Source: Bugula neritina (lineage: Eukaryota > Animalia > Bryozoa). From it: a stretch of DNA of 64,000 nt. This document shows, piece after piece, positions 54,359 to 64,000 of the stretch; the first letter of the stretch is position 1, and every line of letters begins with the position of its first letter. A program made the position numbers and the translations under genes. A model generated the notes under the pieces. The model had not been told where the DNA came from. It saw only the letters and a program-made list of their open reading frames with translations, and made no database searches. The stretch is taken from contig OZ037769.1 of NCBI GenBank assembly GCA_964035545.1, positions 11,748,633 through 11,812,632 of the forward strand. The letters are read 5' to 3'.

Positions 54359-55458
54359 TTTGTAATCAAAGTATAATAGACGGCAGCTCCAAGCTGCCCC
54401 CCCCGTGACCTCCTACCACCCCTGCGTCACACCAAGTGCCACCTCGACTTGCCCCACGCAAGCCAACGCAGTTTGGCTTTCCAAACTGCCAAGCAGTATA
54501 CACTGACGACTACACTAGTAGCCACCCTACCAGTAACACTTTACTGGTAGGCAACTAAACTGAAAACTACAAATGAGAACGACTAACACTAACTAGGCTA
54601 TTAATGTACACGAAGAAATAACTACCTACTAATAATACCAAATAAATATAACAATATAACTATTCTAATAAATGACAAGACTGAATAATAATATTAGGGC
54701 AAACCACACGTCCTTCACTGAGCAATAGCAATTTTGAAGTGCCCGTGAGTAATGCAACATGGCTGCTCAACCGGAACATGCAAATAGCGTGGTCGGTCCG
54801 AGAGGACAACTCACAGACATTAGCTATTGTAGAATTTATACATAAACTGTAGGTAAATGACATCATATTAATCCAAATAAGACTTACAAAATTGATGCAC
54901 AGATAAGATATCTTTTGTCATCCAAAATGTCAAAACCAGTGGTCTAGATCAAGAGTGTAAATGTAAGGGTATGAAATTGTGTGTTCAAATAATATTGTAG
55001 CAGATGTAGTGAGCCTTCAGTTGAAAGAGGGAAGTTAATAAATGTTCCTCTGCGACTGTTTGTTCTGAACGCACTGTCTGTTGTAATGGGATTACGTAGC
55101 ATAATAATGCATTTGTCCCCTCCTGTTTGGGAATACTTATAACTATGTTTTACTATCCAATCAGAAGGACCGAAAGACAAGGTTCCGGTCAAGTGACTGT
55201 TCGCGGGTTAGCTAGCAGAAACCATGTTGTTGAGAGCAGGGGCTCGTAGTAGCTAGACGTGTTTATAATTGATTGATGTATTGTGGTTTTGACATACTGT
55301 TATAATTATGTTTATCGAATTGAATAAAGGTTATCGTACGCAAGCTCTGTTAGTAGTTGCTAGTTAAATTGAAACTAAATACGCAGGCAATCCACGCTTG
55401 ATAATTGTGCTAGAACTCACAACAGTGGTGGCAGCGGTGGGATTTCGCGTATTTAAAG

Positions 55459-57987
55459 ATGACAGAAAGAGGCACAGAGCTACCCCTTCGGAAGGATGAA
55501 GGTGAGGAAGATAACATTGCTATACCTATAGAACCAGAAGTGCGAGTACATAGGGAATGTTACGAAGAGAAGTACCGGCTGAGGGTACCCACCTTCTCAG
55601 GTGAAGAGCCGGTGGAGCAATTCGTTCAGGAATTCCAAGATGTAATGGAGGTTGCACAATGGCCACCTAGAATAGCATTGCTCAAGCTCAGGACGGCGCT
55701 GTCAGACAAAGCCAAGCCGTACGGAGTGGGACCAGACATTGACGGCATCTTTGCTTCCCTGCGGGCCCGTTTTGGTATCTCCGCTGTGGATGCGCGGGCC
55801 CGTCTGCAAAGACTACGGCGTGATCCTCACACGCCGCTACAAGAGCACGCTACCACAGTTATGAGACTGGCGCAGATTGCATTCCGCGATCTGCCGCCAG
55901 TAAACCGTGAGAGGTATACCTATGATGCCTTCGTGCAGTCCATCAACGACTTGGGACTCCACCACCAACTCTTGGCGAGGGGAGTCACCACGGTTGAAGG
56001 TGCACTGGCGGAAGGGGAGGCTTACCTTCTGGCCAGCCAGCTGCACCGGAGCCGTGTGACTTCTCGTCAGGTGGACATGGAGCCCTCCGCTGCTCCTACC
56101 TCGTCTCACGCGGAAACTCCAGCGGTGGGCAAGGTGACGCAGATGACGGTGGCATCACAGGTCGCGCAAATGACCGACATGCTAGCCGAACTGGTCTCCG
56201 CCTTGGAAAGCCAGCTAGGCGTAGCCAGTGAGCCTAACGGGCCACCGGTGCAGTCGCCTAGTAGAGGACACCCCTCCTGCTGGGGGTGCGGAAGACCAGG
56301 ACACTTCCAGAAGCATTGTCCCCGACTTAAACTACGACGGCCCGCGGATGCTCCCACATCCGGCGGGCCGCCGTTAAAACCCCAAGGGAGGACACAGTGG
56401 CGTCCGCCACGCCGGACACCCGTCCGGGACCTCGCGGAACGGCCACCAGGACGGCAAGCAGGCTGTACAAGCCGCTCGCCGCCGGTGTTCTCAATGCCAC
56501 CCCGCAACAGGTTTGACAAACGACGAACCGCAGAGTCTGCGAGGAAAGGTGCCCAAACGCAGCAAGGCGCGGCACCAACCCCTCGACAGCTGGTCCCGAG
56601 TCGGCGTCAAGAACCTAACCCCTCCGCCAAGGCGAGGGAGATGAGGTCACCCAAGATACCACTACATCCCCACGAGAGCAGCCTGTTCCTGCCAGGACAG
56701 ATAGTCGGCAAACCTGCCAGGTATCTGCTGGACACGGGCTGCACCACCAACCTCCTGGGTCGTCGATTCTGTGACACACTCAGCGCCCAGATCAGAAGCA
56801 GGTTGGAACCGTATGAAGGCGATCATGGCACCCTGGCAGACGGGTCGTGCATCCCTTTCTACGGTATCATTGAACTCCCTGGGAGCGTCTGTAACCAGAC
56901 CATCCAGGAAAGGTTCATTGTAGGACAACTCCAGGAGGACGCCATCCTTGGGATGCCATTCTTACAACGACACGGATGCCGCATTGATTTTGGTAAATCT
57001 GCGATGATTATGGGCGGCAGGGAGCTCGCCTGTGTCGATAAGTTTGGCCATCCCCTAACGGGAGAAGAGCCGGTAGTACGTACTTGTACTATGCCTGGCC
57101 ACTCCCGGGACACCGTCCACCGCAAGGTAGACGGTGGCCATACCTCCAGGCCGGGAGCTGTAGAGAGCGCGCACCCGAAAGTCCCACCTGTCTGCAGCTC
57201 TAACCAGCTGACACGGAAAGGAAAGACCTCGGTGCCATGCCTCCACTCCCCCTCTGAACCAGTGAGCTTACCACCCACCTCTCCACCGAGCTGTACTCCT
57301 GCTGTTCAAGAAGATAACAGCAGGCCATCGCGGGAAACCGCGATGAAAAGTCCTCTAGAGAAGCCGTCCTACGGGCGAAGGACTGCCTCACCCCACAGCC
57401 AGGAGACCCGTGGGAGAACATCAGACGGTTGCGTGGATGACGAACAGCGCCCAGAGACGGCCACGTCACTACACAAAACCGAGGCTACACCTCACCTTGG
57501 GGATCCTGACATGCCCCCAGAAGTGGCACAGGACCCCCACGCCGAACCTGTCTCAACCGATGGCGTCAAGGAGCTAGGACACCTCCAGGAAATTATTCCG
57601 GGGGTGGTAGCCGACGTCTATCAAATGAAACGGGAAGGGCAACGACCCAGTGACAGACAACGGAAGCAGGGCTGCCCTGAGTGGCAGCTGTACTGCCGAC
57701 GTTGGAACGCACTGCGGATCGGGCCGGATGGTCTACTGACCATATCTTTGGCCGATAACCACCACCAGCCAGACCAGGAGAGGACCCTCTGTCCTGCCGC
57801 CATCCGCCAAGAGTTGATAGAAGAGGTACACCAACAGGCTCATGGGGGAGCCCAACAGGTGTTCACCGAACTACAACTCTGGTGGTATTGGCCTCACATG
57901 GAGCGTGATGTACGACACAGCGTTGGGCAGTGCGGAGTCTGCCGGGTCAGTAAGCACGGCCCCCCTACTGAAGAAGTAGGGCGGTGA
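55459..57987 (+). CDS. gag: Open 842-aa Gag-protease fusion ending in the integrase HHCC zinc-binding domain
   Basis: CWGCGRPGHFQKHC knuckle, intact LLDTGCT protease, VHQQAHGG...CGVC. No YxDD, RNase H or DDE motifs. Confidence 0.85.
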   Translation: MTERGTELPLRKDEGEEDNIAIPIEPEVRVHRECYEEKYRLRVPTFSGEEPVEQFVQEFQDVMEVAQWPPRIALLKLRTALSDKAKPYGVGPDIDGIFASLRARFGISAVDARARLQRLRRDPHTPLQEHATTVMRLAQIAFRDLPPVNRERYTYDAFVQSINDLGLHHQLLARGVTTVEGALAEGEAYLLASQLHRSRVTSRQVDMEPSAAPTSSHAETPAVGKVTQMTVASQVAQMTDMLAELVSALESQLGVASEPNGPPVQSPSRGHPSCWGCGRPGHFQKHCPRLKLRRPADAPTSGGPPLKPQGRTQWRPPRRTPVRDLAERPPGRQAGCTSRSPPVFSMPPRNRFDKRRTAESARKGAQTQQGAAPTPRQLVPSRRQEPNPSAKAREMRSPKIPLHPHESSLFLPGQIVGKPARYLLDTGCTTNLLGRRFCDTLSAQIRSRLEPYEGDHGTLADGSCIPFYGIIELPGSVCNQTIQERFIVGQLQEDAILGMPFLQRHGCRIDFGKSAMIMGGRELACVDKFGHPLTGEEPVVRTCTMPGHSRDTVHRKVDGGHTSRPGAVESAHPKVPPVCSSNQLTRKGKTSVPCLHSPSEPVSLPPTSPPSCTPAVQEDNSRPSRETAMKSPLEKPSYGRRTASPHSQETRGRTSDGCVDDEQRPETATSLHKTEATPHLGDPDMPPEVAQDPHAEPVSTDGVKELGHLQEIIPGVVADVYQMKREGQRPSDRQRKQGCPEWQLYCRRWNALRIGPDGLLTISLADNHHQPDQERTLCPAAIRQELIEEVHQQAHGGAQQVFTELQLWWYWPHMERDVRHSVGQCGVCRVSKHGPPTEEVGR

Positions 57988-58210
57988 AGGCAAAGTGCAG
58001 AAAGACCCGGGCAGACGGAGACTGCTAACCTGGTCGACAAACCGCCTAGTATGCAACCCAAAGCAGTGGTGAGGCAGGAAAAGCCACACCCGTTCAGGGA
58101 AGTGCGCTCACCGCCGTTAGCATGCAAGCCGCCACCGCCACTTCCTAGGTCAGGAACCGACCTGGAAGTGCAAAAACCCCCCAAGGGAGGGGCTCCGTGC
58201 GGAGGTACTG

Positions 58211-58430
58211 GGAAAGCTCCATTTGGCACAAATTGGCTGGAAGCACCACCTGTGAGATGTGACCGTCCACGGGCGCGTAAACCACCATGGCTGGAGACAA
58301 CACTTCCCCAGGCTCCGAACGGAGATGCTAGGAAAGCTCCATTTGTCACAAACTGGCTGGAGGCACCACCCAAGCGACCTGACCGTCCACGGGTGCGTAA
58401 ACCGCCTTGGTTAGTGACGACACCTGGGAA
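58211..58430 (+). repeat. 120-bp tandem duplication in element 3 (KAPFxTNWLEAPP...RKPPWL x2)
   Basis: ggaaagctccattt at 58211 and 58331. Confidence 0.8.
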
Positions 58431-59075
58431 ACGGTGTCCTAAGCCAGGCCCCGCGTATCGCAAGGACTTACCACGTTCCGTTAAGGGCGCGGTCAAACGT
58501 CCTACGAGACGCCGTGAGGGGAAAGGAGCAGAGCCTGGGAGTTGTGAGCACCACGAAAATATCAACTTTCGCCTCGGCGGAAATTCAAATAAGATTCATA
58601 CGCCGGAGGTAATAAGTCATAGTCACGTTTCACAACCACGCTGCTCGCTCTTTCACCACATTAATACAGCTTTGAGTAGACGTACGTAGAATTCATAAAC
58701 ATACCACTCTCATTCACAATGGCTTGCCAAGAATCGAGGGGTGAGTTAGTTATGTTTTTGATACGAGAACTAAACTGTATTAATCAGCTTAACTATAATA
58801 GAGTAAGCTGGAGACTCGGTAATGATTTTTAGTGGTGAGAATTCACATTGACTCTAAGACTTAACAGTCTGTTACAGCAGTGTGTGTTTTCGATCAACTA
58901 TTCGTTAACTGAGTCTCACGAGTGTCTAATTGAGTTAAGTACCCACCAGGCTGGATACGCCGGTTGTACTCAGTGTACCCTCTCACACTGTTATACTCTT
59001 GCAGATCACACTCGATCGACCAACTCTGGGTCACAGGACCTACACTCTCTCTCCTCCTTGGATAACAGACCGGAA

Positions 59076-59742
59076 ATGGACAACGGACTGCCCGCAGTGC
59101 TGCGTCGAAGACACAGATGGGTGTCGCGACGAACGGAGCGGCAAATTGAGGAAGCCTGGGGACCAAGTAGGTCACAACACACCTGCCACGTGTGTTACGA
59201 AGAGTTTCCCTCACACCAAGGACTACGGCTGCATGTGAATGCACACTTCCTGCTACGGTTTTGTCCGTGTGGATTTCACGACGTGTACCCATACCCTGTC
59301 CTGGCTCACATGATGGACTGTTTCACAGGCGAGGGCTATGTAGTAGACGCGGACAACTACGACCAATACCTAGAAGCGGTCAAACCAATGGTTAAGAAGG
59401 CTTTAACCTGGGCCGCATTATCCTCCGGATTTTATACATTACTAACAGCCGCCCGTCAGAAGTCCCCTATGGTGAAAACGGTCGCTGCAATCATACCGCG
59501 ACTAGACAATACCCCTATGGAAGCATCAGACTCTCCAGAAGAAGCGACGCCAACCCCAACCAGGCCTATTAGCAACCGTCGAAGAAAGACTCTCACGGTT
59601 ACAGGATGAACTCACCCAGTTGGCTCCCGACCTACTCAGTACCACAATGGGCCTTAGTGAATTGAAGGGCTCAGTAGGACGCCTAAAGCGTAGGCTACGT
59701 GCACGGCAGGCACGACACCGGATCGAATCCCTACGAAAGTAG
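59076..59742 (+). CDS. Accessory 3' ORF of element 3: C2H2-like zinc fingers and coiled coil (frameshift near 59570)
   Basis: CHVCYEEFPSHQGLRLHVNAH and FCPCGFHDVYPYPVLAH...C. The shifted frame gives VEERLSRLQDELTQLAPDL...LSELKGSVGRLKRRL. Confidence 0.65.
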
Positions 59743-62526
59743 GAGCTGACAGTTGGCAATTCCATCCCGCATGTTCCCGGGATACTACGTTGTGATCGTG
59801 TAAATGCTTGACTGCTAATGACCTACGATCCAGGACTCTCTCTTCATAGCTGGCCAGTTGTACGCTGGCTATCCGTATCTTACTTATGTGTTTATATATG
59901 TCATACACTTGGTATTTCTCTTCTTTCTCTTTGTGGATTTTTCTTACTTATGTTATTTTTGCATTATTATACTATTTCTGTTTTTATCAGAAAGTATGGC
60001 TTTCTGCTGGAGGGGCGGTGTAATGGGATTACGTAGCATAATAATGCATTTGTCCCCTCCTGTTTGGGAATACTTATAACTATGTTTTACTATCCAATCA
60101 GAAGGACCGGAAGACAAGGTTCCGGTCAAGTGACTGTTCGCGGGTTAGCTAGCAGAAACCATGTTGTTGAGAGCAGGGGCTCGTAGTAGCTAGACGTGTT
60201 TATAATTGATTGATGTATTGTGGTTTTGACATACTGTTATAATTATGTTTATCGGAATTAAATAAAGGTTATCGTACGCAAGCTCTGTTAGTAGTTGCTA
60301 GTTAAATTGAAACTAAATACGCAGGCAATCCACGCTTGATAATTGTGCTAGAACTCACAACACTGTGCAGTGAATTATAGTAACAGCGTTGCTAGCTAAG
60401 AACAGCTTTTGATGAATGTAGTAATAAAGCAAGAAAGCTATAACAATTGGTGGCATACCAATACAATTACACTGGTTATTCATATAATAATATACCCAAA
60501 GAGTATACAGTACATACATCACACGAATGTAAGCATATGCAAACCACACATTTCATGTACATTCATAGAAAAGACACTCTATAAATTTACCCATGTTATA
60601 TAACTATATATACCAGTATATACAATTTATAAGCCATCTCCTTATAGATGGATGGGAATATGCTAAGTTATTGAATGTAAAGAAATAATTTTCTATATTA
60701 CTATAAGAGATGGAATGAGTAAAGGAAACTTCTGGTTGTTCCTATGGAATCCTAACTTAAAGTCAAGTAGACAAATATGTGAAAGTTGATAGGTACTGTG
60801 CAGTGTACTTAAATCAGTGAGAAGATAAATGCTAAAAGCTGTACTGGCATGCAGTCACTCTGTTCTGACAGCCAATGTGTGGTGACTAAGACCAAGACCA
60901 GGTGCAATGGCCGTGACATATATAGTGACTGTAATATATAGTCACACCTTGAAGAGTGGAAGTGCTCACCATTTTAGGCAGTAATTGTTACATAGTATAC
61001 ATGTCAACTCTCTAAAGTTGAAGAGAATTTTATGAGTATTTCACTACTGCTAGCTTAATTTTATTGATTACAAACTGTAAACAATGCAAAATAGGACACT
61101 TTAGACTTTAGTGAAAGCATGAAATTGTATTTTGACATCACATTTGTGTACCATATCATTAAAGCAGCAAGCAAGATGCTGCTAAAACCATATATTATGC
61201 ACAGGAAAAAAGAAATTATGTTAATGAAGGTAGAAAAATATAAATTGAAACTCTACAACTCAAATATCTAATAACAGAGAATATAAAATAAACATGTAAT
61301 ATATAATATTATATATCAATATATAATAAAACTATCTGAAAATTTAGTGAATAAATACAAATACAAAATATTTTAGGGTTTTACAGTATACATGTAATGT
61401 CGGTTAATACTTGCACAGAGAAAATAATGGAGTCACTATATATATATTTTGTATATTAAACGACACAAAATAAATCACATAAAAATATATTATATGCAAA
61501 CAACTAAAAGATTTTAGGAAAAGTAATAAAATGAACAGCTATTCATGGGCTGATAGAACGAGTAATCAGATTCTCCTCATGTAGAGTTATCTTCCCATGT
61601 CTCACATGTAGACTAGAGAAATTAGAGTATACACATGTATTATATAGAGTATACTTGTTCAGTATGAGAAATTATCATTATATTACAATATAATCTAAGT
61701 GCAGTTAGATACACCATCTTAAAGTAAGGAGTGGATAAAATATTACTGTTCCTAGAGGGGGAGGTGGGTAGTGACTAGTGTAGTCAGCTGTCTGTCCAGT
61801 AGGGGGTGCTGCCCTTTTGATAGGTGAAAGACGACCTTGAGGATAATGTTGTTGAGACTGAGAGTATGTTGGAAGAGGTCATCTGCTGTTATGGTGACTC
61901 ATCTCTTGTTCTAAAGAAGCAGATGAGTAAAGTATAGTCTGCTAGTCATGTGACACCAGTGGTACAACCACTTGTTATTCAGTGTCACAACTGTAAACAG
62001 ATGAGTAGAGTATAGTCTGCTTATAGTCACGTGATGCCAGCCTGGAGTACATAACCATTTGTTATTCAGGTAATGGCTAAAACAATAAATGTTACTGCGG
62101 CTATTAAAAGTTACAGTATCCCAAAAAACAGCTACTGCAGCATTGTTTGTATTATAGTAATAATATTGCTATATTAGCTTTATATAGGTGCAGATTATTG
62201 TATTAACAGTAAGTGTGAAAGTAGAAGTGAAATACATCAGGATATGAAATTATTTGAAGATGGAGATCGTGGAGATTTCTTATAGCTGGTGGTAACTGTC
62301 AATACACAGCAGCATATACCTGCGAAGTACAGCTGACAGTGAAAATTTGCTTTGAAAAGTCAAAGACCAATGCAGGGTTTTTTCAACCTGCGTAATTACC
62401 GGACATATTGAGCTAAATAAACCTTTTGTGTATTCACATTAAACAATTATTTTGGAGATCAAAATTGTAGAGAGATTAGCCTATTACAAAATATTTTGCA
62501 GATTGTAAAAATTACAATATAATGTA

Positions 62527-62700
<174 letters not shown>

Positions 62701-62854
62701 TTTCTTGTGTGACTTCATGATACAACATGTGCTGGCAAGAGTTTGTGAGGCTACTGTGTGATTTGCCAGTTGGCACAGCAGCCCTCTCCACTATGCAGTG
62801 TTGAGTGAGCTGGCAAGGATGATCCAAGACGAGCTCAGACTTTGAGTAGTTGCA

Positions 62855-64000
62855 GTGACTGATGCGAGGGACCGCAATATGAGAGCTGTGCTGTCTCAGG
62901 TCCAGAATGGTCGCGAGGTGGTGGTGGCTTACTGCAGTAAAGCTATGTCGGCCCCTGAAAAGAACTACTGCACGACCAGGAAAGAGCTCCTGGCAGTTGT
63001 CAAGGTGCTCAAGCACTTTTGGCCATACCTGTATGGGCGCACTTTCAGGCTGCAAACAGATCACACATCATTGATATGGTTGTGTCGATGAGCTGAACCC
63101 TCTAGCCAAGTAGCAGGCTGGCTTGAAATCCTGGTTGAGTTTTCATACCAGATCGAGCACCGACCCCGTAAGAAATAAGGTAATGCCGACGGATTAGGCC
63201 GCCGCTCGACAGAGGGGTGTAAGCAATGCCTAAACATTGAGCGCAGGGATGGTAGACCCCTCTCGCTCGAACGTGGAAGAGCAGATAGAGAAAACAGGTG
63301 TTTTCAGCTGGGAAGAAGGACAACTCCGGTCTGAACCTCCCTCTAAAGCTGTTAATACCTTTCATGCAAACCCTACACTACTCCGGAACGTCAGAGAGCT
63401 GTGTAAGTTCCAAGCTACGCTACCTGGGGTGGTAGCCAATTTAGTTTGAGCCAAGAAGGAGGGACGACAACCTAGCAAGGCCAAACAGCGGGTCAAGTGT
63501 GCAGGTGACTAGGTGTCTTCAGCTCCGGTGGTACTGGCCCGGTATGACCTGGGATATCTGACTCCGGGTGTGGAAGTGTGAGATATGCCAGACTAGTAAG
63601 CATGGCCGCTTCACTGAGACTGTGGGGAGGCGCCGCCTCCATGCCTGTCGCCCGTGGCATATAGTTGCTGTACATCTGGTGGGCCCTACGCCAACGTCTG
63701 TGAGAGGTAATAACTGGATACTAGTACTAACTGACCACTTTATGCGGTGGGCTGATGCTCTGGCTATCCCAGATGCGTCGGCTCTCACAGTAGCCAGGGC
63801 ATTGGATCAGCATGTTTCTGTTATTTTGGCTTGCCAGAAAAAATGATTTCTGACCAGAGCGCCCAGTTTCAAGGCAACTTATGAGCAATCTCTATAAGAT
63901 GTGGGGAGTTAATCAGAGTCAGACGACCCCATATCACCTGCAAGGGAATGGGTTTGGGGAGCGGAACGATCGTATGTTAGGCGAATCTCTGAGAAGTCTA
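62855..64000 (+). mobile_element. Decayed gypsy pol fragment (RNase H and integrase) related to element 2, running off the window
   Basis: [16 protein letters not shown]...[13 protein letters not shown] and GNNWILVLTDHFMRWADALAIPDA closely match element 2. Many stops and deletions. Confidence 0.85.

Larger units (their letters stand above)
55082..60362 (+). mobile_element. Ty3/gypsy LTR retrotransposon 3, non-autonomous (no RT, RNase H or integrase core)
   Basis: Nearly identical LTRs 55082-55424 and 60019-60362, TSD CTGT, 18-nt tRNA-Leu PBS at 55426, PPT ggaggggcgg. Confidence 0.95.
50853..60465. mobile_element. Probable solo LTR (~1.1 kb net) hosting nested copia, MITE and gypsy 3
   Basis: TG...CA termini and a 5-bp TSD ATTAC (50848-50852, 60466-60470). 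The paralogous empty site in copy A's flank (~31970-31985) has a single ATTAC. AATAAA lies ~40 bp from the right end. Confidence 0.6.

Overview
AT-rich eukaryotic genomic DNA with spliceosomal introns. The repeat and gene content fits a marine invertebrate, but the species cannot be determined from the sequence. Host genes are: (1) a single-exon rhodopsin-class 7TM receptor (~5.0-5.95 kb); (2) a two-exon orphan gene with an N-terminal hydrophobic segment (12.8-15.4 kb) plus a decayed paralog (~8.5 kb); (3) a tandem pair of genes encoding a Pol-beta-superfamily (GlnD/GlnE/DUF294-like) nucleotidyltransferase fused to an array of 44-aa TPR repeats. Copy A (25.4-30.2 kb) has two nonsense codons. 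Copy B (36.5-49.6 kb) is intact at about 1293 aa and has 5 more repeats. Roughly 40% of the window is mobile DNA: three Ty3/gypsy insertions with both LTRs, TSDs and tRNA-Leu primer sites, two further gypsy relics, an internally deleted copia, a probable solo LTR that hosts a nested cluster, a MITE, an Academ-like end, and tRNA-derived SINEs. Best leads: (a) the variable NTase-TPR sensor/effector-like gene family; (b) a very young gypsy element holding a 42-nt reverse-transcribed copy of its mature tRNA-Leu primer, with a mismatch exactly at A58 (m1A), which also supplies a new in-frame start for RT-RNaseH-integrase; (c) a conserved accessory C2H2-zinc-finger/coiled-coil ORF in two different gypsy families; (d) a non-autonomous gypsy whose -1 frameshift site appears to be fixed in frame. 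All coordinates and identities were read by eye and no searches were run.
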